From a virus, in IMG/VR virus record IMGVR_UViG_3300042894_002308, positions 32,001 through 96,000 of that record: a stretch of 64,000 bases of DNA. One strand, 5' to 3'. The translations under genes and the position numbers were made by a program. The notes beneath the pieces were generated by a model, which did no database searches, was not told the DNA's origin, and worked only from the letters and a program-made list of their open reading frames with translations. This document shows, one piece after another, positions 10,191 to 19,531 of this stretch (within the stretch, counting starts at the first letter, position 1; every line of letters begins with the position of its first letter).

Positions 10191-10278
10191 TGGTCAGAAG
10201 TGGTGGTTCCTTAGCAGTCTGATGAAGTATACTTCGATTATTTCAAAAGGATTGCGTGGAAGCCCAACCACTTCTGCC
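10191..10278 (-). ncRNA. Candidate 88-nt structured late ncRNA with paired ends and 3' CCA
   Basis: GC-rich non-coding gap. GGCAGAAGTGGTTGG.CTTCC pairs with GGAACCACCACTTCTGACC. It begins after a 5-nt gap from CCTAAATA (10284-10291). Confidence 0.5.
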
Positions 10279-10286
10279 TAAAATAT

Positions 10287-12185
10287 TTAGGCATATCGTC
10301 TATCTTGTTTCGATGAAGATTTTTCTACACCTCTATATATGGCTTTACCTTCTGGGGTTCCCATCATTTCAAGAGCTTTTACCGGTGCTAGATCTTCACC
10401 TGGTCCATTTTGTTGAAGAAGCTTATACATTCTATCTCTATCTTTTTCTATTTCTTCATCTGTTTGATCACTCATAGGATAACTACCTGTTGATTTTAAT
10501 AATCTACCTTTAATATCTCTCATAAATGCAGGCATTTCAGCTCTACTCCAAAAATAATTATTAGGAGTTTTAAATCTATTATCTGGTGAAGGAGTTGGAG
10601 TATCCATCTGATCTAATGCAGTTTTTACAGTCTCTTTTTGTTCTGGAGTCAATTCCCAACTATCTAAAATTCCTCTTTTTTCTAATTCTTCATAACCAGA
10701 TCCTAAAGCAATTCCACTTGTCGAAGGTTCAATACCATATTTAATAGTAGCAGGAGATTTATATTCTGGTTTTTTTTCTAAATTAGAACTAACTGCATTT
10801 TCAACTGCAGCAACTCCTCGTAATTGAGTTCCTATTGCATGTTGACCTTCATGATTCATAACCTGAATATATTGATCCCAATCTTTAATATTATCTTTAT
10901 TCATATCAATTGTAGTTTCAAAAGTATTTGGCGCATTACTCATTTGATTATCAATTAGTTTTTGAACAGATTGATCAACTGGTAATTGTGGTGTTTTCTT
11001 ATCTCGTTGAGCTTTATTAAAAGTAGAATATGGATCTAGAAGATGTTGAACATTCCATGTTAATTTAGCATCAACTAATTCAGGGTATTTTACGTTGTTT
11101 CTTCCTAAGAAAGCTTCGGGTGGATCAAAGTATCTGTAACCAGTTTTATCAAAATGAGTTATCTCTAATGGCTTATAAAGCATTGCTTCATCATGTTTTG
11201 GATCTCTTAAATCTGCATATTGTCTAGCTAATTTTGCTTGATCACTATAATCTAAATCATTTGGTCCAGAACGTTTCAAATATTCTTTTTGTTTTGCTAA
11301 AAAGTCATTTCTTTCTTTGGTTTTATCTTTTCCAAATTCTAAAGAAATCATATCAAATGGAGATAATTTTTGATTTTCTTTCTTTACGAACATAGTATTA
11401 GCATTATATAAAGTATTTGCAATTCCTGTTATTCTATCAAAATAATCTTGTGAGTCATGATAATTTTCAGGTGGATTTGGATTAACAACTGAAGGAGTTA
11501 CACCTAACCTTGCATTTCTTGCTTCTTTTTCTCCGGCTTCATTGTGTGCTTGCCATAATGGACTATTTAATTTTTTTCTTTCTCTATAATTTTTTGAAAA
11601 TGCATAATCAAAAGGATCATTACTACGTAAAAAATTTGTGAAATCATTAAATCTTTGAGATATCTGAGTTCCTTTATCTTTGACTTGTCTTAACAAATCA
11701 GTATGCAATGATCCAGCGTCAAGTGGATTATCTGGATTTAATATAGAACCCAACCATCCTTTTTGTCCTAAATCTGGAGGTTGATTCATAGTTCCTGTAC
11801 TGGAGAATGTCCTGGATGATTTCATATCCTCAGGTGAACGTGGCTCGTTCTCCTTATTACCTGGATCCATCACCGTACTTTCAATATATTTCCTAGTATT
11901 ATTAAATGCATCTTCAAAAGGAGTTTCATCAATTTCATCAGATAATCCAAATTTTTGATTATTTGCTAAAATTTTCTCATTTTTAAGTTTTAATGCTGTA
12001 TCATAAGCATCACGATCTGTTCGTGTATATTTTACAGGATTCAAAGCTGTACCAGAAAAATTTACTGGACTTATCATTGAACCATTTTGATTATCAGGAA
12101 AATCAGCAAGATCTAATGGTACATTCATACCACCATATTTGGTATCTTCTTGTTTTTCTATTAAGTATTGTTTAAATGACAGCAT
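10287..12185 (-). CDS. Putative capsid-packaged zincin metallopeptidase
   Basis: N-terminus MLSFKQYLIE resembles the T4 capsid-targeting sequence MKTYQEFIAE; HEGQH plus downstream YFWSRAE; perfect TATAAATA upstream. Confidence 0.6.
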   Translation of the reverse strand: MLSFKQYLIEKQEDTKYGGMNVPLDLADFPDNQNGSMISPVNFSGTALNPVKYTRTDRDAYDTALKLKNEKILANNQKFGLSDEIDETPFEDAFNNTRKYIESTVMDPGNKENEPRSPEDMKSSRTFSSTGTMNQPPDLGQKGWLGSILNPDNPLDAGSLHTDLLRQVKDKGTQISQRFNDFTNFLRSNDPFDYAFSKNYRERKKLNSPLWQAHNEAGEKEARNARLGVTPSVVNPNPPENYHDSQDYFDRITGIANTLYNANTMFVKKENQKLSPFDMISLEFGKDKTKERNDFLAKQKEYLKRSGPNDLDYSDQAKLARQYADLRDPKHDEAMLYKPLEITHFDKTGYRYFDPPEAFLGRNNVKYPELVDAKLTWNVQHLLDPYSTFNKAQRDKKTPQLPVDQSVQKLIDNQMSNAPNTFETTIDMNKDNIKDWDQYIQVMNHEGQHAIGTQLRGVAAVENAVSSNLEKKPEYKSPATIKYGIEPSTSGIALGSGYEELEKRGILDSWELTPEQKETVKTALDQMDTPTPSPDNRFKTPNNYFWSRAEMPAFMRDIKGRLLKSTGSYPMSDQTDEEIEKDRDRMYKLLQQNGPGEDLAPVKALEMMGTPEGKAIYRGVEKSSSKQDRRYA

Positions 12186-12190
12186 ACCAA

Positions 12191-12198
12191 TATTTATA
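12191..12198 (-). promoter_or_regulatory. T4-type late promoter TATAAATA
   Basis: Exact consensus, 5 nt before ATG 12185. Confidence 0.85.
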
Positions 12199-12227
12199 AA
12201 CCCCCAGGATTTCTCCTAGGGGTTTAT
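12196..12227 (-). terminator. Intrinsic terminator hairpin after nrdJ-tRNA
   Basis: ATAAACCCCTAGGA-GAAA-TCCTGGGGGTTTAT, with a GNRA loop and a G-U pair on the minus strand. Confidence 0.75.
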
Positions 12228-12234
12228 TTGTATG

Positions 12235-12307
12235 CTCCTCCGACTGGATTTGAACCAGTGACCCGAGAGTTAACAGCTCTCTGCTCTACCAACTGAGCTA
12301 CAGAGGA
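12235..12307 (-). tRNA. tRNA-Asn(GTT), CCA not encoded
   Basis: Cloverleaf: acceptor TCCTCTG/CGGAGGA, D-arm GCTCAGTTGGTAGAGC, anticodon arm GAGAG-CTGTTAA-CTCTC, T-arm ACTGG-TTCAAAT-CCAGT. Confidence 0.97.
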
Positions 12308-12314
12308 AAGTAAA

Positions 12315-14204
12315 TCAGACGATCTGACATCCACCTGCGCTGCAGGCAAACTCCTTTGCGGATTCAGTATTGTCTTCTGCCTCGTATGTAGACAGATCCT
12401 TAAAATTAACTTTAACCTTAGGATGTGCTGCATAGGTTGCAGAATCAATCTGCTCAAAGGGTGCCTGAGCGTAGGTGTGACTATCACCACCGGGAAGGAA
12501 TGCTATTCCTGTTGCAATATCAAAGTTTTCCCAAAGCCAGTTGCCCACTTCAAGGAATTCAGAGTCCTTATAGTTGACGGTGATTGATGGCTTGTGATGA
12601 CAGAAGTGTTCTTGATAAGTTTTCCACAGATCAAGATGGTCTAATGCACGAAGTTCCTCAGTGGTCATGGTTCCCTTTGGAGCCTTCATAGCAAATGTAA
12701 AGACGGCAGTAGAAGTTGGGTTGATCACATCATCCTCGCACGGGACTCCTTGATCCTTCATCAAGTTATATAAAGGATCTTTCTTGTCCAGACGAATTCG
12801 GCGGAAATAATAATCCGCATAGCGAGGATGCAGACCCGAGGCAGAGTCCACCAAACACGATGTAGTACCTTCAGGCTTCACGCAAGTCACTGACTTGCTA
12901 GGGTTGATTCCCAACTTCTCTGCCCACTTGAGATTCGTCGCAGTCGCATGATCACGAAGAGTCTCAAGAAGACGAACAAGCTTTGGCTTACCTTCTAAGC
13001 CACTCGTAAGCTTGTTATCAAAAATTCCTGTCATAGATACTCCAAGTAGTCTTTCCTCTTCACAGTTCTTCTTCCACTCCGGACGAAGATATGGAAAGTG
13101 AGTAAAGGTTGATTGAACTGTACCGATGATTGTAGCAATCTCAATCTTTCTCTTCAGTATTGCTGCAGTATCGTCTTGACGAACTACAACTGTAGAAAGA
13201 TTACAGAATTCAAATGGCTTAAGAATGATCTCGGAACATGGATTAGTTCCATATTCACAGTCAGGATCACGACCAGACTTTTCAGCCTGTTCTTGCAGTG
13301 CCTTACGATTGATCATTCCACGTTCACCACTGTGACTATTGTATAGTGATGTCCACTCTTCTAGGAATTGACCCATTGGAGGACGACCATTATAAACAGC
13401 AGAGTTATTAGCATAAGAACGAAAGCCAGCCTGTTCCCACCATGCACCGCTCTTGCAAAGAGCCATTTCACGGTCAGCAAGATCGCTCAATGAAATCATA
13501 GCAGAACGACGAACACCACCAACAATTACTGCATTAGCAATAGCACAGCAAACATCATGACATTCAAGTGCAGACAGTCTGCGTCCTTGTGCATTGTAGA
13601 AAACCTTCACGACAAACTTGAATAGATTGTCTAAAGGTGCGGGACCACTAGCACGACCACCAAAAATTTTAAGTCGTGCACCAGATGGTCGAATCTTTGA
13701 CAAGTCCCACTTAGGGTGCTTACCAGAATAGAGATCATTAAATAATATTTTAATAGCATCTCCCCAACCTTCCTTTGAATCTTCAACAACAATTACATTA
13801 TCAAAATTCTTTACAATCTTGCTAGCAACAGTTGGAAGTTTATCAGTGTATTTTCTTTCTACAGAATAGCCAGTACCTGTGCCATTCATAAGAATAACAA
13901 ATAGTTCTGCAAATGAGTCAATAGAATCAATTGGTAGATAGGAGCAATTGTATAAACAAGTATTGTCGTGATCCAATGCAGGACCGGCAGTCATAAGACT
14001 ACGCATAGAAGGAAGAACTTCTAAGTTCAGAATTGCTTCCTTGACATCAGGACGTTCTGCAAGTTGTGGAACTTTATTCGTAAAGTATTTCCACCAACGG
14101 TCTACACATTCATCCCAAGTCTCACGACGATTTTGGTCATTGAGCCAACGAGAGTAGCGAGAGATAAAAATAAACGATTGAAATGGTGATAAAATTTCTG
14201 CCAT
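12315..14204 (-). CDS. nrdJ: Class II (adenosylcobalamin-dependent) ribonucleotide reductase
   Basis: Motifs YNCSY, GRASGP, VGGVRRSA, TNPCSEI, VKPEGT and C-terminal CSAGGC; no nrdB adjacent. Confidence 0.92.
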   Translation of the reverse strand: MAEILSPFQSFIFISRYSRWLNDQNRRETWDECVDRWWKYFTNKVPQLAERPDVKEAILNLEVLPSMRSLMTAGPALDHDNTCLYNCSYLPIDSIDSFAELFVILMNGTGTGYSVERKYTDKLPTVASKIVKNFDNVIVVEDSKEGWGDAIKILFNDLYSGKHPKWDLSKIRPSGARLKIFGGRASGPAPLDNLFKFVVKVFYNAQGRRLSALECHDVCCAIANAVIVGGVRRSAMISLSDLADREMALCKSGAWWEQAGFRSYANNSAVYNGRPPMGQFLEEWTSLYNSHSGERGMINRKALQEQAEKSGRDPDCEYGTNPCSEIILKPFEFCNLSTVVVRQDDTAAILKRKIEIATIIGTVQSTFTHFPYLRPEWKKNCEEERLLGVSMTGIFDNKLTSGLEGKPKLVRLLETLRDHATATNLKWAEKLGINPSKSVTCVKPEGTTSCLVDSASGLHPRYADYYFRRIRLDKKDPLYNLMKDQGVPCEDDVINPTSTAVFTFAMKAPKGTMTTEELRALDHLDLWKTYQEHFCHHKPSITVNYKDSEFLEVGNWLWENFDIATGIAFLPGGDSHTYAQAPFEQIDSATYAAHPKVKVNFKDLSTYEAEDNTESAKEFACSAGGCQIV

Positions 14205-14227
14205 AGTTAAATCCTTAAGTGGGTGTC

Positions 14228-14932
14228 TTATTTAGTTGTTAGAGTCTGCCACGAAACCGGGAAAAGGGGAGCAATTAATTTGTCAATTGCTTTTGCATAT
14301 TCTTGAATTTCCCATTGGGCATGTGCATCGATTCTCAAATTATAAACACGGGCAAATGCATAGAGAGAACCAGTCCATACAAATTCTGTATAAGTTCCTT
14401 GTGGTAATATTGAACGGGCTTGCTCAGGAGCAACACCATCTACCAAAAGTTTATTATAAAGATCTAAACATTCTTTTGCAACTCCATCATATTCTTGACG
14501 AAGTTTAATACAATGATCCAGATCTTCAATAGGACCACTGCTACCTTGCTTGGCTCCATCAGTAGGAGAATTTCTCCACATAGGAGTATAAATCTCAGGC
14601 TCATAAGTGACATACCTACGACTGACTTCATTCATCACAAGACCAACTTGGTGCTTTCCTAGTTGAGCACGAACAAAGATAGGGCACTTGATACGAACAC
14701 TGATCTGTGGATGACAGAATGGTGTAAAGTGATTATGCTTTGCCAGATAACGAATTAGTTTTGCATCTTTATCAGATAGAGAACGAATTGGAACATGGCT
14801 ATCAGCATAATCCCAAGAACTTTCTTTATTAAAAGAAACTCTTGCTGCATTTGCCACACTTAAATCCGAACCCATATAATCCACTAGATCAACGTGACCG
14901 TGATCTAGGACAAAGTACTTAGTCTGCGCCAT
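14228..14932 (-). CDS. thyX: Flavin-dependent thymidylate synthase
   Basis: Motifs NAARVSF, HFTPF, NEVSRRY, PEQARSILP and HAQWEI. Confidence 0.95.
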   Translation of the reverse strand: MAQTKYFVLDHGHVDLVDYMGSDLSVANAARVSFNKESSWDYADSHVPIRSLSDKDAKLIRYLAKHNHFTPFCHPQISVRIKCPIFVRAQLGKHQVGLVMNEVSRRYVTYEPEIYTPMWRNSPTDGAKQGSSGPIEDLDHCIKLRQEYDGVAKECLDLYNKLLVDGVAPEQARSILPQGTYTEFVWTGSLYAFARVYNLRIDAHAQWEIQEYAKAIDKLIAPLFPVSWQTLTTK

Positions 14933-15152
14933 TTTTATTTGTGCTATCTCGGTCATCTTCATCCTCATCTACATCTACAAGTTCAACTCTCACACCATCA
15001 ATCTTTGTAAAGTCTGCAGCGTATTCTCGTGCTCGGGACCATAAACCTGGGTCCATTTCTTTTACATATTCACCAAATCTTTGCACAAAAGTCAGATAGG
15101 CTTCACTAGCCTTTAAGATATCTTCTTCTGTCATATCTTCATTATTATCCAT
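14919..15152 (-). CDS. Small acidic hypothetical protein
   Basis: 77-aa ORF packed between primase and thyX. Confidence 0.7.
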   Translation of the reverse strand: MDNNEDMTEEDILKASEAYLTFVQRFGEYVKEMDPGLWSRAREYAADFTKIDGVRVELVDVDEDEDDRDSTNKNGAD

Positions 15153-15153
15153 T

Positions 15154-16140
15154 TTAAACCTTCTTCCAGTAAGTATACTTCATTTTAGCTTTAAGTCCAG
15201 AATAAACATTATTAATAATCAACTTCATGGTTAGATTCGTTCCATAGACTTTAACCATATCATTGACATCTTTTTTATCAATTTCACTTGGCCAGATTAC
15301 TACATTTCGTCCAGCATCAATATATCTACCAATTAAATTTACTATTTCAATATTTCTAGGTTCATTATCAAAAACAAAAACTATATTTGCTTTTGCAATT
15401 TTTTTAGGAATCGTGTCTAACCAACCTGCACCCTGCATTGCAACTCCATTTGGAATAAACATGGAGTCAATAGGACCTTCTGTAACGTAAACAGTTTCTC
15501 TTGGATCTACTTTATCTAGGTTGTACCAAAGCCGTTCTTCGCCGTCTTTCTTGAGGGTAATGTAGCGTATGGAATCCCTCTTTTCTTCAAAGGATCGCCC
15601 CTGTACGCCAAGTAGTGACCCATCCTCGTCATAGAACGGTATGACGAGTCTGTCTTCCTTGGTCCCTTCACGGTCAAAATCCGCCATGATCCTACTGAAA
15701 TCAGCGCAGTAATAAAAACTACTATACTTCTCTTTAGGAATTTCTCTAGATTGAACATATTTTACTGCTTTATGGGTTGGATCGAGTAAGTCAAGCCTTG
15801 TTCCGAGATTCGTGAACATAGGTTCACGCACAATTGCTTCCTCTCGTTCAATCGGTTCTGGATTTTTGTCCTTGAAATTTTCAAACGCATATTCTTTGCA
15901 GAGAGATGGGCTGATACTTTCAAGAACAGAATATAAATTACAAGCAATACCGCAATTGTGACATTTATAAACATATTTTCCTTTGTTCTCAAAGAAATAT
16001 CCCCTTGTCTTGGATCTATTTTTCTTTGAGTCACCACATGCGAAACATCTGCATGTGGCTAGGTTATCTTTCTTCCACTTAAACTTCTGAAGTGAACCAG
16101 AAACCATATTCACATATTTCTTATCAATATATATGCTCAT
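15154..16140 (-). CDS. DNA primase (T4 gp61-like)
   Basis: Zn finger CFACGDS...CHNC; TOPRIM motifs TEGPIDS and FDNEPRN. Confidence 0.95.
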   Translation of the reverse strand: MSIYIDKKYVNMVSGSLQKFKWKKDNLATCRCFACGDSKKNRSKTRGYFFENKGKYVYKCHNCGIACNLYSVLESISPSLCKEYAFENFKDKNPEPIEREEAIVREPMFTNLGTRLDLLDPTHKAVKYVQSREIPKEKYSSFYYCADFSRIMADFDREGTKEDRLVIPFYDEDGSLLGVQGRSFEEKRDSIRYITLKKDGEERLWYNLDKVDPRETVYVTEGPIDSMFIPNGVAMQGAGWLDTIPKKIAKANIVFVFDNEPRNIEIVNLIGRYIDAGRNVVIWPSEIDKKDVNDMVKVYGTNLTMKLIINNVYSGLKAKMKYTYWKKV

Positions 16141-17555
16141 TTTGGTGCGTCTTGAAAAACCCAGTTTAATGCCTTGTTCTTTTTAATTCCAAAATCATCT
16201 GAAAATACTAGTGGACCAGAACCTGATCCAAAACTTTCTTCATTTGTATTGTTGGCATTGACAAGATTATTATTTGAATTTTCTACATCATAGAACTTCA
16301 TCTTGGATTTGTTTACACCAATAAGAAACTTACGATTCTTAGTTGTATCATTACCACGGTTCTTTAACTGCTTCACCATGAGTTGACCATTCTGTGCTAA
16401 CTCTTCAGTCTCAATGAGTGCAATGAAGAAGTCTGTAGTTTGTGGTAGACCAAAACTTTCAGATGTGTCTGTCATCTCCATGTCACTGCTCTTTGCACCT
16501 TCACGATTTACCTGAGTGGCAGACCATAGTGGTACATTGAACTGCTTGGCAAGACCACGAAGTTCTTCTGCAATACCCTTTACATAGGTGTAACTATTCA
16601 TACCGTTGCCCATCTTGAATCTTGCACATGAGCAGATGTTTAGATAATCAACAATAATAATATCAGGCTTGAACTTCTTCTTGATCTTCAGTTCTTCCAT
16701 AAGATTACGGAAGTGTGTGACATTGGCAGCAGCAGTAGGATATTCTTTAATAATAAGTTTACCACGGCAAGTCTTCTTGAGATTGTTTACCTTGTTCTCG
16801 TACATAGCAAGAGGCATCTTCTCAAGAACATGAATGTCTGTATCTAAAAGATTTGCATCAATACGTTTAGCAATTTCTTCTTCAGACATTTCAAGTGTGA
16901 TATACAGCACATTCAAATTCTGTGTAAGACACGCAGCAGCATGATGGCATAAGAATGCACTCTTACCAACACCCGATGCTGCCATGACAACGTTGAGAGT
17001 CTTCTTGCGAACTCCACCACCGGTGATGAGATTAAACATCTCAAGATCAAATGGTACACGCTCTTCTACACGATGATAGTACTCATAGCGTTCATCAACA
17101 TCTTCAAAGAAGTCGTGTCCTACCCGAGTATCAAAGGATACAGACAGAGCCTTAGACATGATCTCAGGAATTGCATTCTGAGTCTGTTCCTTATCCTTAC
17201 CTTCAATGATACCAATGGATGCCATGATACCATTGTAAATGGCTTTCTCTTTGCAGAACTTTTCAGTATGTTCTACAAGCCACTCAGTATCAGACTTCTC
17301 ACCTTCCTTATACATCTCATCAGAGATAGCAACACACTTCTTGAATTCACTTTCTCCAAGAGTCTTGTCATCTCCAAGTGAAATGAGTACAGCATCCTTA
17401 GTAGGAATGTTATTGTACTTGAGAAGAAACTTACTTACGATATTGAATACAGTCTTTTCAGACTTGTCGTGAAAGTATTCATCCTGAAGGAACGGGACAA
17501 CCTTGCGAGCATAGTCCTCATTGAGGACCAAGTTCTTTAAAATAACTGTTTCCAT
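16137..17555 (-). CDS. Replicative helicase (T4 gp41-like)
   Basis: Motifs AASGVGKS, YITLEM, IVDYLNI, SATQVNR, SESFGLP and KQLKNR. Confidence 0.95.
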   Translation of the reverse strand: METVILKNLVLNEDYARKVVPFLQDEYFHDKSEKTVFNIVSKFLLKYNNIPTKDAVLISLGDDKTLGESEFKKCVAISDEMYKEGEKSDTEWLVEHTEKFCKEKAIYNGIMASIGIIEGKDKEQTQNAIPEIMSKALSVSFDTRVGHDFFEDVDERYEYYHRVEERVPFDLEMFNLITGGGVRKKTLNVVMAASGVGKSAFLCHHAAACLTQNLNVLYITLEMSEEEIAKRIDANLLDTDIHVLEKMPLAMYENKVNNLKKTCRGKLIIKEYPTAAANVTHFRNLMEELKIKKKFKPDIIIVDYLNICSCARFKMGNGMNSYTYVKGIAEELRGLAKQFNVPLWSATQVNREGAKSSDMEMTDTSESFGLPQTTDFFIALIETEELAQNGQLMVKQLKNRGNDTTKNRKFLIGVNKSKMKFYDVENSNNNLVNANNTNEESFGSGSGPLVFSDDFGIKKNKALNWVFQDAPK

Positions 17556-17561
17556 GTTTTT

Positions 17562-17589
17562 AGTATATCACTGATTTAGGGTTTGTCCA
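17562..17589 (-). promoter_or_regulatory. sigma70-like promoter TGGACA-N16-TATACT, 6 nt before the helicase ATG
   Basis: Motif match; no Shine-Dalgarno between the -10 box and the ATG. Confidence 0.65.
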
Positions 17590-17899
17590 GTGGATCTTCA
17601 TGAACATCTGATTCAAGATCTCTGGGTTCTGCTTCTACTTGATTTTCTACAATATTAACAAATATTTCACCAGCAATATTTGTAAAATCTTTATCTTGTT
17701 GATCAAATCCATCTGGTGATGTAATGATTTCAATATCCATCGTTACATTTAATTCGTCATTATCAGTTTCTTTAAAGGAAATTTGCCCATAACGATAAAT
17801 GATGCCAGAAAATTTACCCGATGTAATTTCAATAGGGCAAGTTTGTGTACTGTCTATTGATACTTCAGGAATAAATTTATATTCAACTGCCTTGCCCAT
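17576..17899 (-). CDS. gp40-like head vertex assembly chaperone (positional call)
   Basis: Lies between uvsX and gp41 as in T4; IEITSGKFSGIIYRYGQISF. Confidence 0.6.
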   Translation of the reverse strand: MGKAVEYKFIPEVSIDSTQTCPIEITSGKFSGIIYRYGQISFKETDNDELNVTMDIEIITSPDGFDQQDKDFTNIAGEIFVNIVENQVEAEPRDLESDVHEDPLDKP

Positions 17900-18905
17900 A
17901 CTTAAATCCTTTTTGAATTTCTATATCCAACTTGTCAAGAATATCTTTTGTAAAATACTTTTCAGGATCTTCATCTATATTTTTCTCAAATGCTTTTGTA
18001 CCATCTGGAAGTTCTACTCGTGTCGAAACCTTCTTGAATATATTATACTCAATTGCAAGGTCTGTCAAGCCATAATATCTACTTAATCCAGACGTATAGT
18101 TAAGTCTTGTCTGAACATGCATATTTTCTTTGACAAAACGATTCTTATAATTGGTACATTTAATAAAGTTACCAACGATACCATCATCAGTCTTGTCCTT
18201 ACTCTTTGATAACATGATGATGTTACTTGCTGCATACTTAATACCAGTACCACCACCAAGATCCTTAGTAGGAACATATGAACCAATAACTTGATATGTA
18301 TGGTTTGTAAGAAGAAGTGGTATCTTTGCCTTACCAAGTTTCAATGTAAGAACACGGAAAGTAGCCTTAGTAAGTTGTGCCTTGGTCATATCACGCACAT
18401 CCTTACCTTCAGCAGAATCATTCATTTCTTTGTTTGTCGATAACATTCCCAAAGAATCAAGAACCATAAAGATTGGCTTGCGGTCTTCTTCAGGTGTTTC
18501 AAGTACATCATTGACGATCTTGAGAGCCTGGTTCTTGAACTCTTCGATTGTTGCAACAGGAACAACTGCAATTCTTTTGGAATCAATTCCCCGCTGTGCA
18601 AACATGTCTGAAGTGATTGCTTGCTCCGTGTCAAAGTAGATGACAACACCATCTTTGTGGTCTTTGAGAAATTGCGTAGCGATTCCAATTGCATAGAAAG
18701 TTTTTCCAGTAGCAGGATCTCCTGCAAGACAAGAGATTTTGTTTGCTGGTAGTCCACCATATATAGATCCTGAAAGCAAAGCATTCAGAACATATGAACC
18801 AGTATCAATAAAGCCTGTAACATCAGCCCCATCAATACCATCGGCTACAATGGCTGCATCAGGATTGTTTAATTTGCTTAGTAGATTTGTTAGATACTTT
18901 GACAT
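17883..18905 (-). CDS. uvsX: RecA-like recombinase
   Basis: Motifs DTGSYVLNALLSG, GDPATGKT, YFDTE and VLDSLG. Confidence 0.95.
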   Translation of the reverse strand: MSKYLTNLLSKLNNPDAAIVADGIDGADVTGFIDTGSYVLNALLSGSIYGGLPANKISCLAGDPATGKTFYAIGIATQFLKDHKDGVVIYFDTEQAITSDMFAQRGIDSKRIAVVPVATIEEFKNQALKIVNDVLETPEEDRKPIFMVLDSLGMLSTNKEMNDSAEGKDVRDMTKAQLTKATFRVLTLKLGKAKIPLLLTNHTYQVIGSYVPTKDLGGGTGIKYAASNIIMLSKSKDKTDDGIVGNFIKCTNYKNRFVKENMHVQTRLNYTSGLSRYYGLTDLAIEYNIFKKVSTRVELPDGTKAFEKNIDEDPEKYFTKDILDKLDIEIQKGFKYGQGS

Positions 18906-19242
18906 TCTTTTCCTTTTCTTTTTGTGCGTGTTTCCAATTTTCGTTTTCCCAATACTGAGATGCCTCTACAGCATCACTAAGTCTGTGATAACACTTTTCA
19001 AGTAAATCTTCAATAGCAATAATTCTTTTATATAGATCAGTACTATTTTCTTTACTGAATTCTGGTTTACTATTTAACTTAGTACCCCGATACTCACAGT
19101 GTGACCGGTACTCATGCATTAACAACTTAAATGGCATCTCTTCAATTGAATCTATAAATTCTTGATATGGAATTCTTAAAATATTATATTCATATTGCCA
19201 CGGAATTGTTTTAGTAATAGTAACTTTAGATTTCTTTGTCAC
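18859..19242 (-). CDS. Hypothetical protein
   Basis: ORF fills the gap; GTG 19242 is the plausible start. Confidence 0.55.
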   Translation of the reverse strand: MTKKSKVTITKTIPWQYEYNILRIPYQEFIDSIEEMPFKLLMHEYRSHCEYRGTKLNSKPEFSKENSTDLYKRIIAIEDLLEKCYHRLSDAVEASQYWENENWKHAQKEKEKNVKVSNKSTKQIKQS

Positions 19243-19528
19243 TTTGCTTCTTACCTTTCTTATAATTTTTGGTTGTAATGATAATCCGCGCATAGTTTTC
19301 TTCAACTATGGTGTCATCAATAGTAATTGATTCTACGATTACGTCATCTACGTCATTGACAATGTCAAGTAGTCTAGCACCAACCATAACGCATGGACCA
19401 CCTTCAAAGTCAAATAAACCATCGCCACCCCTAGAAAATAAGGTGTGACCTTCGATACTATAGTTTCCGTCTTTACGTTTTGTGAGGATTCGTTCATCAC
19501 CATATCTAGATTTAAAGGTCTTTACCAT
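19226..19528 (-). CDS. Hypothetical protein
   Basis: KSRYGDER...FDFEGGP; fits the operon packing. Confidence 0.7.
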   Translation of the reverse strand: MVKTFKSRYGDERILTKRKDGNYSIEGHTLFSRGGDGLFDFEGGPCVMVGARLLDIVNDVDDVIVESITIDDTIVEENYARIIITTKNYKKGKKQSDKEI

Positions 19529-19531
19529 TTC

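Noticed and set aside
10219-10250. Hammerhead ribozyme suggested by CTGATGA on the plus strand
   Set aside because: The required GAAA after stem II and a stem III/NUH site are absent.
10191-10276. Canonical tRNA call for the CCA-ending hairpin
   Set aside because: No TTCRA T-loop, D-loop GG context or anticodon arm; kept only as an ncRNA candidate.
2351-10278. Split Cas9/IscB-like or CRISPR system from the Cas4-like, HNH and RuvC-like genes plus the RNA
   Set aside because: No repeat-spacer array or cas1/cas2; the genes lie on different strands and resemble stand-alone nucleases common in T4-like phages.
12224-12490. 88-aa ORF
   Set aside because: Overlaps the nrdJ 3' end out of frame and spans the tRNA.
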